Positions 39,152-52,182 are shown, counted from the stretch's first letter. The stretch: DNA of 64,000 nucleotides from Flavobacteriales bacterium (GCA_046329115.1 JAXLVG010000006.1:67288-131287); one strand, 5' to 3'. Numbers and translations: made by a program. Notes: a model not told the origin generated them from the sequence alone.

Positions 39152-39628
39152 ATGTCCACCCTGGCCATCATCGGCGTCGTGCTCGGCACCTTCTTTTTCA
39201 TGGAGTTCGTGGCCTGGTTCACGCACAAGTACGTGATGCACGGTTTCCTGTGGTACCTGCACAGCGATCACCACAAGAAGGACCACTACGGCTTCCTGGA
39301 GCGCAACGACGCCTTCTTCCTCATCTTCGCCATACCGAGCATGGGCCTGTTCATCCTCGGGGCCACGCTGGGCACGCATACCCCCTGGTTGTGGATGGGG
39401 CTAGGCATCCTCCTGTACGGCATCGCCTATTTCATCGTGCACGAGGTCTTCATCCACCAGCGGATCAAGTGGCTCCGTACCAGCAACAACGCCTACTTCC
39501 TCGGGCTTCGCAGGGCGCACAAAGTGCACCACAAGCGGCTCACCAAGGAGGATGGGGAGTGCTTCGGCATGTTGTGGGTACCCTTGAAGTACTTCGCCGA
39601 GGCCCGCAAGCAGCTGCAGAAAGCGTGA
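39152..39628 (+). CDS. crtZ: Beta-carotene hydroxylase
   Basis: MEFVAWFTHKYVMHG, HSDHH, ERND, VHEVFIHQR, AHKVHH, GECFG. Confidence 0.9.
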   Translation: MSTLAIIGVVLGTFFFMEFVAWFTHKYVMHGFLWYLHSDHHKKDHYGFLERNDAFFLIFAIPSMGLFILGATLGTHTPWLWMGLGILLYGIAYFIVHEVFIHQRIKWLRTSNNAYFLGLRRAHKVHHKRLTKEDGECFGMLWVPLKYFAEARKQLQKA

Positions 39629-39727
39629 CCGCGGCCGCTGTTCGCAGGGCTGTTACTTCTTTGTGAACGGCACAGCACGCGGTCGGCGGATGGTCCCGGT
39701 ATTTTCGCCCCGCGAGGAACGGGCGCC

Positions 39728-40516
39728 ATGGAGGACCAACTTCAACGCATCAGCAGCTGGGTGAGCCACCTGGTGAAGGCCCGCACGCGGCACGGTGTGC
39801 ATTCACCGTTCATCTACACCCTTGCCACGGACGTGCTCCGCGCGGACCAGGAGCTGGAACTCTTCGCCCCGATCGAGCGCCTGCGGGAGGAACTGTTCGC
39901 CAGCGACCAGGTGATCCGGGTGAACGACCTGGGCGCCGGTAGCCGACGGCTGGACATGGACCTGCGGGCGGTGAGCGACATCGCCCATACAAGCCTGAAG
40001 CCACCGCGGCAGGCGCGGCTGTTGCACCGGCTTGTCCGCCATTTCGCCCCCGGGACTGTGCTGGAGCTCGGCACCAGCTTCGGCCTCACCACCCTCTACC
40101 TGGCCCACGGCATGGAGCATGGCCGGGTGATCACCGTGGAAGGCTGCCCGCAGATCCACCGCATCGCACGGCACCATTTCGAACAGCTCGGCCGGCGCGA
40201 CATCGAAGCGGTGCTCGGAGGCTTCCGCACCGCCCTGCCGGACATCCTCCGCCGGACGGAGCGCCTGGACATGGTGTTCATGGACGGACACCATGCCGAG
40301 GCCCCCACCCTGGATTACTTCGAGCAATGCCTGACGCGCGCGCACAACGACACGGTCTTCATCGTGGACGACATCCACTGGAGCCGCGGCATGGAGAGCG
40401 CCTGGGAACGGATCAAAGCGCATGAGCGCGTGCGCGTGACCGTGGACCTGTATGACCTCGGGCTCGTTTTCCTGCGTCGCGAGCAGGAACCACAGCACTT
40501 CCGGCTGCGTTACTGA
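39728..40516 (+). CDS. Class I SAM-dependent methyltransferase
   Basis: HGVHSPFIY, LELGTSFG, DMVFMDGHH, VDDIHWS. Confidence 0.85.
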   Translation: MEDQLQRISSWVSHLVKARTRHGVHSPFIYTLATDVLRADQELELFAPIERLREELFASDQVIRVNDLGAGSRRLDMDLRAVSDIAHTSLKPPRQARLLHRLVRHFAPGTVLELGTSFGLTTLYLAHGMEHGRVITVEGCPQIHRIARHHFEQLGRRDIEAVLGGFRTALPDILRRTERLDMVFMDGHHAEAPTLDYFEQCLTRAHNDTVFIVDDIHWSRGMESAWERIKAHERVRVTVDLYDLGLVFLRREQEPQHFRLRY

Positions 40517-40523
40517 CAGCACC

Positions 40524-41075
40524 ATGAAGATCTACACCCGCACAGGGGACCAGGGGGACACCGGCCTGCTCGGCGGGTCCCGCCTGCCAAAGGACCACCT
40601 GCGGCTGGAGGCTTACGGCACGGTGGACGAGCTCAACAGCCATGTGGGCATGCTGCGCGACCTTGCCGGGGAGCACCAGCGGGAACTGCTGCTCCGCATA
40701 CAGCGCACCCTGTTCGACCTGGGATCGCGCCTGGCCGCGGTGGATGACGCCGAGGCCGCCCGGTTCAAGGTGCCGCAGGTCGGCGAGGCCGAAGTGCTGA
40801 GCCTGGAGGAGGCCATGGATACCATGGACAAGGAATTGCCGCCGCTGCGGAACTTCATCCTGCCGGGCGGACATCCCGCCATCTCCCAGGCACATGTCTG
40901 CCGCACGGTGTGCAGGCGGGCGGAGCGCTGCACGGTGGCGCTGGCCCGCACCGCACCACTGCCCCCGGAGGTTGTGCGGTACCTGAACCGACTGAGCGAC
41001 CTGTTCTTCGTGCTCGCGCGCTGGCTCGGCCAACGGCTCGGCGTTGCCGACACGCCGTGGACGCCCCGGGGCTGA
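40524..41075 (+). CDS. PduO-type cob(I)alamin adenosyltransferase
   Basis: ATG 40524; MKIYTRTGDQGDT, YGTVDELNS, FILPGG, RTVCRRAER, YLNRLSDLFF. Confidence 0.93.
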   Translation: MKIYTRTGDQGDTGLLGGSRLPKDHLRLEAYGTVDELNSHVGMLRDLAGEHQRELLLRIQRTLFDLGSRLAAVDDAEAARFKVPQVGEAEVLSLEEAMDTMDKELPPLRNFILPGGHPAISQAHVCRTVCRRAERCTVALARTAPLPPEVVRYLNRLSDLFFVLARWLGQRLGVADTPWTPRG

Positions 41076-41200
41076 GCGGCTGAAGTGCTCGTGGCCGTAG
41101 GGCCGGGCTGCCGCCAACAGCGGTTGATAAGTGGGCCTTGACGGGATCGTTGCCGGTCTATATTTGCGCCCTTGTAAAAAAACCCTCAGCCCTCGGCACC

Positions 41201-41422
41201 ATGTATTGGACGCTCGAACTGGCCTCTTACCTGGAGGACGCACCATGGCCGGCCACAAAGGACGAGCTGATCGACTTCGCCATGCGCACGGGCGCTCCGC
41301 TGGAGGTGGTGGAGAACCTGCAGGCGATCGAGGACGATGAGGAGATCTTCGAGAGCATCGAGGAGATCTGGCCGGACTATCCGAGCAAGGAGGATTTCTT
41401 CTTCAACGAAGACGAGTACTGA
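41201..41422 (+). CDS. DUF2795 family protein
   Basis: MYWTLELASYLEDAPWPATKDELIDFAMRTGAPLEVVENLQ...IWPDYP..EDFFFNEDEY; TATATTTG -7 box at 41159-41166. Confidence 0.9.
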   Translation: MYWTLELASYLEDAPWPATKDELIDFAMRTGAPLEVVENLQAIEDDEEIFESIEEIWPDYPSKEDFFFNEDEY

Positions 41423-41440
41423 AGCGGTCGGACCCGTACG

Positions 41441-41465
41441 AAAGCCCCGCACTGGCGGGGCTTTT
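41441..41465 (+). terminator. Intrinsic terminator after DUF2795
   Basis: AAAGCCCCGC-ACTG-GCGGGGCTTTT. Confidence 0.85.
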
Positions 41466-41608
41466 TCGTTCGGAGCGGACGGATCGTCAGGCGGCCGGTC
41501 CGGGCAGGGTGCTTGCTGGGCGGGTGCGGCTACCTTTGCCGGCCTTGACCAGAACCGCGGGGCAACTTCGGTCGCAAGGCCGCACACGCACCCGCCAGCA
41601 CCGCACCC

Positions 41609-44989
<3,381 letters not shown>

Positions 44990-45012
44990 GGCACCCACCG
45001 CCTGAACGCGCC

Positions 45013-45040
45013 GAGCGCCAGCCTTACGGGGCTGGCGCTC
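45013..45040. terminator. Hairpin between convergent secA and TonB_C gene
   Basis: GAGCGCCAGCC-TTACGG-GGCTGGCGCTC. Confidence 0.7.
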
Positions 45041-45065
45041 TTGCTATGTGTATGGAACGTGGTTC

Positions 45066-45722
45066 TTACTTGATGGGCACGCGCATCACCACGCGTACGG
45101 GCAGGCCGTCCTTCATGCCGGACTCGAACCGGGGAGCCCGATCCAACGCATCCACCAGCTGGTCCGCCGCACTGGAGTCCGCGTTCAGCACCTTGATCCC
45201 GGAGAGGTCGCCGTCCTTCTCCACCACGAAAACCGCCGTGGCGCCGACGCTCGCGGGAGCGCTGCTGCGCAGGTAGGTGATCATGGCCTGCTCGCCACCG
45301 GGATACGATGGCATGGTGGGGGCCATGGTGTAGAGGATGTTCTCCAGCGGTTCGGGGTCGTAGACCTTCTCGGCGAGCGCCTGACCCCAGGTGTCGAAGC
45401 GCTGCCAGATGCCGCTCTTGTTGCCCATGGCATACTCCCCTTCGCTCTCGAGCTTGCCGTTCGGGTGGTAGAAGCGCCAGTGGCCATGCTCCACCTCGAG
45501 CGCCGGATCGGCGCAGGTGCCTTCGGCCTTGAGCGTACCGTCCAGGGTACGGACCACCACCTTGTACAGGTTGCCATCCTGTCCCGCGGCCTCCTTGTAG
45601 AAGGCGGCCTTCCCCTTGCCGCAGGGTTCCATGAACTTGTCCAGGTAGATGCGCTGCCGCTTATCGCCCTGGAAGGCGAAGGCGCTCGCGGCGAGCAGGA
45701 GGATGATCAAGGACCGGCGCAT
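45066..45722 (-). CDS. Exported protein with MORN/YwqK-like repeats and a TonB C-terminal-like domain
   Basis: Signal-peptide-like N-terminus; HGHWRFYHPNGKLESEGEY..G.K.G.W repeat; MPSYPGG...FVVEKDG...PVRVVMRVPI. Confidence 0.7.
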   Translation of the reverse strand: MRRSLIILLLAASAFAFQGDKRQRIYLDKFMEPCGKGKAAFYKEAAGQDGNLYKVVVRTLDGTLKAEGTCADPALEVEHGHWRFYHPNGKLESEGEYAMGNKSGIWQRFDTWGQALAEKVYDPEPLENILYTMAPTMPSYPGGEQAMITYLRSSAPASVGATAVFVVEKDGDLSGIKVLNADSSAADQLVDALDRAPRFESGMKDGLPVRVVMRVPIK

Positions 45723-45778
45723 GGAGCAAGGTGCTGCATGCTTGTAACGGCGGCTGCCGCAACAGGGTTACAACCTGC

Positions 45779-47317
45779 TCAAGCGGCCCAGCCCTCGCGG
45801 TCCAGACTGCGGTACTGGATGGCCTCGGCCAGGTGCTCCGTACGGATGTCCGGACTGTCGGCCAGGTCAGCGATCGTGCGCGCGACCTTGAGTATGCGGT
45901 CGTAGGCCCGGGCACTGAGCCCAAGGCGCTCCATCGCCTTCTGCAGCAAGGCCTGTCCGGAGGCGTCGATGCGGCAGATGGCCCGCAGCTGCTGACTGCT
46001 CATCTGGGCATTGCAGTGGAGCCGCTCGGTCCGGAAGCGGGCCTGTTGTACGGCCCGCGCCTGCACCACGCGCTGGCGCACTGCGGCGCTGTCCTCCGAG
46101 CGTCGCTCACTGCTCAGTTCGCTGAAGGCCACAGGCGTCACTTCGATGTGGATGTCGATGCGGTCCAGCAACGGGCCGCTGATGCGGTTCAGGTACTTCT
46201 GCACCACGCCGGGGGCGCACACGCACTCCTTCTCCGGATGATTGTGGTACCCGCACGGGCAGGGGTTCATCGCCGCCACGAGCATGAAGCTGGCCGGGTA
46301 CTCTACCGTGAACTTCGCCCGGCTGATGGTGACCACGCGGTCCTCCAGGGGCTGGCGCATCACTTCGAGCACGGTGCGCTTGAACTCCGGCAGCTCGTCC
46401 AGGAAGAGCACCCCGTTGTGGGCCAGGCTGATCTCGCCGGGCTGGGGGAACGAACCGCCGCCCACCAGGGCCACATCGCTGATGGTGTGGTGCGGACTGC
46501 GGAACGGCCGCACGCTCAGGAGCCCGTCCTCGCGACGCAGCTTGCCGGCCACGCTGTGGATCTTGGTGGTCTCCAACGCCTCCTCCACGCTCAACGGCGG
46601 CAGGATCGTGGGCAGTCGTTTGGCGATCATCGTCTTCCCCGCGCCGGGCGGTCCGATCAGGATGATGTTGTGACCACCTGCGGCGGCGATCTCGAAGGCC
46701 CGCTTGATGTGCTCCTGCCCCTTCACGTCGCTGAGGTCCACCGGATAACTGCGGCTACGCTGATCGAACTCGCCGAGGATGTCCACTTCGGTGGGGGGAA
46801 TGATCACGCGGCCCTCCAGGTGGTCGATCACCTCCCGGAGATGGTCCACCCCGATCACCGCCAGGCCGTGCACGATGGCGGCTTCGCGCGCATTGGCCGA
46901 AGGCACCACCACACCCTTGAAGCCCTGCTTCTTCGCCTCCAGCGCGATGGGCAGTGCACCCTTGATCGGGCGCACCTCACCGTCCAGCGAGAGCTCGCCC
47001 ATGAACACCAGCTCCCCGAAACGCTCGTGCGCCACCTGGCCACTGGCGCCCAGGATGCCGAGCGCGATGGGCAGGTCGTACGCCGTGCCCTCCTTGCGGA
47101 TGTCCGCCGGGGCCAGGTTCACCGTGATCTCCCGGCCGCGCGGCATGTGGTAGCCGATGTTCTTGATGGCCGCGCTGACCCGCTGATGGCTCTCCTTCAC
47201 CGCGCTGTCCGGCAGGCCCACCATGAAGAAGTTGGTGCCCTTGCTGATGTCCGTCTCCACCGTCACCACGGTGGCGTTCACGCCGAACACGGCGCAGCCG
47301 TAGTTCTTGACGATCAT
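45779..47317 (-). CDS. comM: YifB/ComM family Mg-chelatase-like AAA+ ATPase
   Basis: [74 protein letters not shown]. Confidence 0.92.
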   Translation of the reverse strand: MIVKNYGCAVFGVNATVVTVETDISKGTNFFMVGLPDSAVKESHQRVSAAIKNIGYHMPRGREITVNLAPADIRKEGTAYDLPIALGILGASGQVAHERFGELVFMGELSLDGEVRPIKGALPIALEAKKQGFKGVVVPSANAREAAIVHGLAVIGVDHLREVIDHLEGRVIIPPTEVDILGEFDQRSRSYPVDLSDVKGQEHIKRAFEIAAAGGHNIILIGPPGAGKTMIAKRLPTILPPLSVEEALETTKIHSVAGKLRREDGLLSVRPFRSPHHTISDVALVGGGSFPQPGEISLAHNGVLFLDELPEFKRTVLEVMRQPLEDRVVTISRAKFTVEYPASFMLVAAMNPCPCGYHNHPEKECVCAPGVVQKYLNRISGPLLDRIDIHIEVTPVAFSELSSERRSEDSAAVRQRVVQARAVQQARFRTERLHCNAQMSSQQLRAICRIDASGQALLQKAMERLGLSARAYDRILKVARTIADLADSPDIRTEHLAEAIQYRSLDREGWAA

Positions 47318-47320
47318 CGC

Positions 47321-47893
47321 TCAGACCTGGTGCTCGATGTGGTCGATGAGCGCGTGGATCACCTTGATGTGCACCTCCTGCACACGGTCCGCATACCCGT
47401 TGTGCGGTACGCGCACCTCCACATCGCACAAGGGGGCCAGGCGGCCGCCGTCCTTGCCGGTGAGCCCGACCACGCGCATGCCCGCGGCCTTCGCCGCCTC
47501 GGCGGCGCGCAGCACGTTGGGGCTGTTGCCGCTGGTGCTGATGGCCAGCAGCACATCCCCGGGCCGGCCATGCGCCTGCACATAGCGCGCGAAGACCTGC
47601 TCGAAGCCGTGATCATTGCCCACGCAGGTGAGGTGCGAGGGGTCGCTGATGCTCAGGGCCGCGATGGGTGCGCGATCGTCCCGGTACCGACCGGTGAGCT
47701 CCTCGGCGAAGTGCATCGCATCGCACATGCTGCCGCCGTTGCCGCAGCTGATCAGCCGGCCGCCGGCGCGCAGCGCGGTCACCATCAAACCGCCCGCCAG
47801 TTCAACGGCCTTCAGGTTGGCCGGATCGGCGAGGAAACGCTCCAGCACGGAGGCGGCTTCGGTGAAATGGGAACGGATGCGCTCGCTGCTCAT
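47321..47893 (-). CDS. gmhA: D-sedoheptulose 7-phosphate isomerase (SIS domain)
   Basis: [48 protein letters not shown]. Confidence 0.92.
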   Translation of the reverse strand: MSSERIRSHFTEAASVLERFLADPANLKAVELAGGLMVTALRAGGRLISCGNGGSMCDAMHFAEELTGRYRDDRAPIAALSISDPSHLTCVGNDHGFEQVFARYVQAHGRPGDVLLAISTSGNSPNVLRAAEAAKAAGMRVVGLTGKDGGRLAPLCDVEVRVPHNGYADRVQEVHIKVIHALIDHIEHQV

Positions 47894-47929
47894 GCACGGC
47901 GAAGATGCGAACGATCGACCGGCCGGTGA

Positions 47930-50005
47930 TCAGTTGCCCCCGGCCTTCAGCGTTTCCATGGCCTGCAGCCCGCATTCCAGGAAGGCCTTGAACTCGGGCA
48001 CGGAGAACTGGTCCTCACCGGTGCCCATGGCGGGGTTCAACAGGCGGCCATCGGGGCTGAGGAGCACGTACCAGGGCTGCGATACCTGGCCGAAGGTCTC
48101 GGACTCCAGGGTGGCATAACGGTCGCCCACGGTGATGATCTGCTTCTTCGTGCCGCTCTTGTTGGTGTAGATGTGCTGCAGCTCCTTGGGCAGCTTCTCG
48201 CGGTCATCCACGTAAAGGGACACCAGCACGTACTTGTCCCGGATCAGCTCCAGCACACCGTCCGCGCTCCAGACGTACTCTTCCATCTTCCGGCAGTTCA
48301 CACAGCCGTGCCCGGTGAAGTCGATCATCAGGGGCTTGCCCGTGCGCTGCGACTCCTCCATGGCCCCGCAGAGGTCGTTGTGGTAGCAGGCCAGGGCATG
48401 GGGGCAGTCGCTCGGGTGGATCCAGCTGTAGCCGGCCGGTGGTGCCAGACCGCTGAGCAGCTTTGGCGAGCGGAAGGTGCCGGCATGCTCATCGTAGCGG
48501 AAGCCCAAGGCCAGGTACACCGTGGTGGCGGCGAAAAGGGCGATGAAGCCCCAGCGCACAGCAGAGCGCTGCTTCACCGGGCTGTCGTGCGGGAACCGGA
48601 TGAGGCCGAACAGGTAGAGCACGATGCCGAGCGCGCAGAGCACCCACACCACCAGGAAGAGCTCATAGGGCAGGATGCCCCAGTGGGAGACGAGATCGGC
48701 CGTGCTGAGGAACTTGAACGCCAGCGCGACCTCGGCGAAGCCGAGCACCACCTTCACGCTGGTGAGCCAGCTGCCGCTGCGGGGCAATGAGTTCAGCCAA
48801 CCGGGGAAGAGCGCGAAAAGGGCGAAGGGCAGCGCCAGCGCCACACCGAAGCCGGCCATGCCCATGGTGAGCTGGAGGGCGCCGTCCGCGCCGGAAATGG
48901 CACCAGCGAGCAACGAACCCAGGATGGGGCCCGTGCAGGAGAAGCTCACCAGCGCCAGGGTGAAGGCCATGAAGAAGATACCCACCACCCCGCCGAAGCG
49001 GCTGGCGTTCTGATCCATCTTGTTCACCCAGCTGGCCGGCAGCGTGATCTCGAAGTAGCCGAAGAAGGAGATCGCGAAGACGATGAAGATGACGAAGAAG
49101 AAGATGTTCAGCACCGGGTGCGTACTGAGCACGTTGAAGATCTCCGGATCCACACCGCCCAGGATGTGGAAGGGCAGGCTGAAGAGCAGGTAGATCCCCA
49201 GGATGAAGCCGCCGTACGTGAGCGCGTTGCGGATGCCCTTGGCCCGGTCGCCGCTACCCTTGGTGAAGAAGCTCACCGTGAGCGGGATCATCGGGAACAC
49301 ACAAGGAGTGAGCAGGGCCAGAAGGCCGCCGAGGAAGCCCAGGACGAAGATGCCCCAGAGCGACTTGCGCTCCTCCTGTACCGCGGGCTTGCCGCAGGTC
49401 ATCACCGGTGCGTTCAGGTCCACGGATGAGAGCACGTAGGCCTCGCAGGGGCGGTCCGAAGCGGGTCGCACTGCCGTGGAGTCCTCTTTCAGTCCCCCCA
49501 CGAACGGAACCGTGCCCAGTTCATGGGTGTTGGCTGCCAGGTCGATGCGCCAGTACACGTACTCCGGCATCAGGCAGCTGCTTTCGTTGCACGTCTGATA
49601 GTACACGTAGCCGCTGGCCACGGGCGGTGTGTTCGTGCAGCGCACATTGGCGCTGTAGGCCACCCAGCCCTTGAACTTCTTGATGATGGCGTTATCCCAA
49701 AGCGGGTCCGCGTGCTCGATGGTCTCCTTGGCCGTCTCCTCGAAACCGCGGGCCAGCTCCACACCCGGCACCGAGTCCAGACGCAGCTCGGTGGGTATCG
49801 GCCCGGCCATGGGATCCACATCCTTCGAATACACGAAGCATCCCGCGGCGATCTCACCCTTCACCAGGATGTTCCAGACCCCATCACCTGCCGGGGCGGC
49901 GCTCACGGTCCATTTCGGGTAGGCCAGTTCACCGGGGGCCTCGCCTTGGGCGCGCAGGAGGAACGGCGCAAGCAGGAACAGGAACGAAAGGGGACGCAGC
50001 TTCAT
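47930..50005 (-). CDS. dsbD: Thiol:disulfide interchange protein DsbD (alpha domain + TM + thioredoxin)
   Basis: YQTCNESSCLMP alpha domain, LLTPCVFPMIP and FSCTGP TM cysteines, IDFTGHGCVNCRKMEE thioredoxin motif. Confidence 0.9.
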   Translation of the reverse strand: MKLRPLSFLFLLAPFLLRAQGEAPGELAYPKWTVSAAPAGDGVWNILVKGEIAAGCFVYSKDVDPMAGPIPTELRLDSVPGVELARGFEETAKETIEHADPLWDNAIIKKFKGWVAYSANVRCTNTPPVASGYVYYQTCNESSCLMPEYVYWRIDLAANTHELGTVPFVGGLKEDSTAVRPASDRPCEAYVLSSVDLNAPVMTCGKPAVQEERKSLWGIFVLGFLGGLLALLTPCVFPMIPLTVSFFTKGSGDRAKGIRNALTYGGFILGIYLLFSLPFHILGGVDPEIFNVLSTHPVLNIFFFVIFIVFAISFFGYFEITLPASWVNKMDQNASRFGGVVGIFFMAFTLALVSFSCTGPILGSLLAGAISGADGALQLTMGMAGFGVALALPFALFALFPGWLNSLPRSGSWLTSVKVVLGFAEVALAFKFLSTADLVSHWGILPYELFLVVWVLCALGIVLYLFGLIRFPHDSPVKQRSAVRWGFIALFAATTVYLALGFRYDEHAGTFRSPKLLSGLAPPAGYSWIHPSDCPHALACYHNDLCGAMEESQRTGKPLMIDFTGHGCVNCRKMEEYVWSADGVLELIRDKYVLVSLYVDDREKLPKELQHIYTNKSGTKKQIITVGDRYATLESETFGQVSQPWYVLLSPDGRLLNPAMGTGEDQFSVPEFKAFLECGLQAMETLKAGGN

Positions 50006-50461
50006 CTACTTCACCGCGGGGAATGGGACGCTGAACTTCACCCCGACCGGGGGAAGGCACATGCGATCGTTGCAACACATGAACTCCACACCGCCGGTGG
50101 CGGTGAACGCCTCCTTGGTCAGGCGCTTCAGTGGGAGGCGGAACACGCTGTCGTCGCCGTGGTAGCGCACCAGCATCATGAAGTTGGGGTCCTCGACCTC
50201 CACCGGCACCGGCTCAACAGCAGGGCCGGCCGCTTCGTACGCTGTTGAGGGATCCAAGCTCACCACCGTCGGGAAGGGTCCGTCGTCGCGGGGCAGGGTG
50301 AGGGCGTAATAGTGCCAGCCCTCATCACAATCCGCCCGCAAGGCCACGAACGGCGCACCGGCCGGGTCCTCTTCCGCGGAAAAGGACCACCGCACGGGAT
50401 GGTCCTGCCCGAGGACCATCAAGGCCGGGAGGAGGCTCAGGATCACGAGCAGGATACGCAT
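50006..50461 (-). CDS. Stand-alone DsbD N-terminal (alpha)-like domain protein
   Basis: Start MRILLVILSLL at 50461; PVRWSF, GWHYYA, FMCCNDRMCLPP. Confidence 0.8.
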   Translation of the reverse strand: MRILLVILSLLPALMVLGQDHPVRWSFSAEEDPAGAPFVALRADCDEGWHYYALTLPRDDGPFPTVVSLDPSTAYEAAGPAVEPVPVEVEDPNFMMLVRYHGDDSVFRLPLKRLTKEAFTATGGVEFMCCNDRMCLPPVGVKFSVPFPAVK

Positions 50462-50548
50462 GGCTTGGGACCGCAAGGTCGGCGAAGATACCCGCACCAT
50501 CCGAGCGGAGGCCTGAGCCGATCACCGGAAGACTGGGATCCTGCGGGG

Positions 50549-50839
50549 TCAGAGCAGGTCCACCTCCACCACCCGACCCAGGGGAATGGTGATCCCGCGC
50601 TTCAGTACCAAGCGGTCCGGATCGAAGGCCCACACCGTGGTCTCCACCACCTTCAGCCCGACATTGTCCCGGAAGACGATGCGGCATTTGGTGTGGTCCG
50701 TGTTGCCGAGCAGCATGGCGCGCTGGATGTTGGCGTCGCGAAGCCGCTGGTGCTCATCAGAGAGCTTCACCGGCTCCGGCGGGAACACAAGCCCGGGCAC
50801 ATCTTCCTTGTCCACACGGACGATCGCGGAGGGGATCAT
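50549..50839 (-). CDS. Hypothetical protein, 96 aa
   Basis: MIPSAIVRVDKEDVPGLVFP...RAMLLGN...KCRIVFRD...VETTVWA...KRGITIPLGRVVEV; normal codon pattern, co-oriented after tilS. Confidence 0.7.
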   Translation of the reverse strand: MIPSAIVRVDKEDVPGLVFPPEPVKLSDEHQRLRDANIQRAMLLGNTDHTKCRIVFRDNVGLKVVETTVWAFDPDRLVLKRGITIPLGRVVEVDLL

Positions 50840-50859
50840 GCAACAACGGTTTAGGAGGC

Positions 50860-52182
50860 TTAAGGTAATCCTTGTTCCGTTCGGGCGATCGCGAAGCGCA
50901 CGGTACGCGCCGTATCCGGTCCGGCTTGGAAGCCTTCGGCCAGACGGCGCCCCACCAGCCAAACGATGCGATCACCGCAACAGAGCACATAACAACGGGC
51001 CTTCAGGTTGCTGGGTACACGTGCCTCGGTGAGCAGGTCACTGATGAGCTTGGATCCACCCAGGCCGGCCGGCCGCATGCGGTCTCCGCGACGCCATGGT
51101 CGAAGCAACAGCGGCGCGTCCAAGGCATCCAAGGACACGATGACCTCCTGCGGCCCTGTAGGCCTGGCGTGGACTTGTTCCTCGATCGTCCACCGCATCG
51201 GACCGACCTCACCGGCAGGTCCATCGAGCGTGAAGGTGAAAGCCGGCGGTTCAACCCGCTCAGCAATGACCAGCCGGTCGCGGTCGACCGCGAGGGAATG
51301 GGGCCCCATCTGAAATGTGCGGCCCACACGCTTCTGCAACACGGCATCAAGCACCTGCTCCACCACGTCCGGATGCGGCGCGAAGGGCGACAGGATCCGG
51401 GCCAGTTCGGCCAAGGGCGCCGGGGATGCCAGGATGGGAGCCACCGGCCAGCTCCTTACTCCCCCTGAGAAGGTCGGCTCCTCTTTGGGCCGGACCGGAT
51501 CATCGGCCAGGGCGACCAAACGGCGCAGGTCGGCCACGGAACGGGCCAAGGTGCGGGAAGCGCCGGGGCGAAGATCCTCCAACAGGGGCAGCAGCTCGTG
51601 CCGGATGCGGTTGCGCAGGTAGTGCGGATCCCGGTTGGACGGATCCTCGCGGAACGGGACCGCATGGCGTTCGGCATAGGCCACGATCGCTGCACGGCCC
51701 ACGCCGAGCAACGGGCGCACGAAGCGGCCGGCACGCACCGGGATGGCGCCCCAGCCCCGGAGGCCCGTGCCGCGCAGCAGGTGGATGAAAAGGGTCTCGA
51801 CGGCATCATCCGCATGGTGGGCCAGGGCGCAGGGATGCGGCGCATCCGCCATCATGTCCTCCAGGGCCGCGTAGCGCTCGGTGCGTGCGGCCATCTGCAC
51901 CGATGCGTCCGTGGACCGCGCGCGTTCGGCCACCGCCACGTGCCGCATGCGGAACGGCAGGCCCAGGCGCGCCGCCTGCTCGCGCACGAACGCCGCATCC
52001 GCTTCGCTTTGGGCGCCGCGCAGGCCGTGGTCCACGTGAAGCACCGTGCACGGATGCCCCAGTGCATGCAGCACATGGAGAAGCACCATGCTGTCGACCC
52101 CGCCGCTCACGGCCACGTACAGCGGTGCGCGCTTCGGGAAAAGCCCTTCGCGCCGGATGAACTTCCGCACCTCAGCGCGCAT
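50860..52182 (-). CDS. tilS: tRNA(Ile)-lysidine synthetase
   Basis: VAVSGGVDSMVL, HVDHGLR, AHHADDAVET, DPSN, RNRIRH, C-terminal RPWRRGDRM. Confidence 0.93.
   Translation of the reverse strand: MRAEVRKFIRREGLFPKRAPLYVAVSGGVDSMVLLHVLHALGHPCTVLHVDHGLRGAQSEADAAFVREQAARLGLPFRMRHVAVAERARSTDASVQMAARTERYAALEDMMADAPHPCALAHHADDAVETLFIHLLRGTGLRGWGAIPVRAGRFVRPLLGVGRAAIVAYAERHAVPFREDPSNRDPHYLRNRIRHELLPLLEDLRPGASRTLARSVADLRRLVALADDPVRPKEEPTFSGGVRSWPVAPILASPAPLAELARILSPFAPHPDVVEQVLDAVLQKRVGRTFQMGPHSLAVDRDRLVIAERVEPPAFTFTLDGPAGEVGPMRWTIEEQVHARPTGPQEVIVSLDALDAPLLLRPWRRGDRMRPAGLGGSKLISDLLTEARVPSNLKARCYVLCCGDRIVWLVGRRLAEGFQAGPDTARTVRFAIARTEQGLP

Noticed and set aside
40524-41075. AdoCbl-making PduO adenosyltransferase just downstream of the carotenoid operon (would fit a CarH photoreceptor)
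   Set aside because: It sits in the PduO-DUF2795-secA arrangement I recall as common in Bacteroidota and is separated from crtZ by a methyltransferase with its own promoter box, so proximity is probably coincidental.
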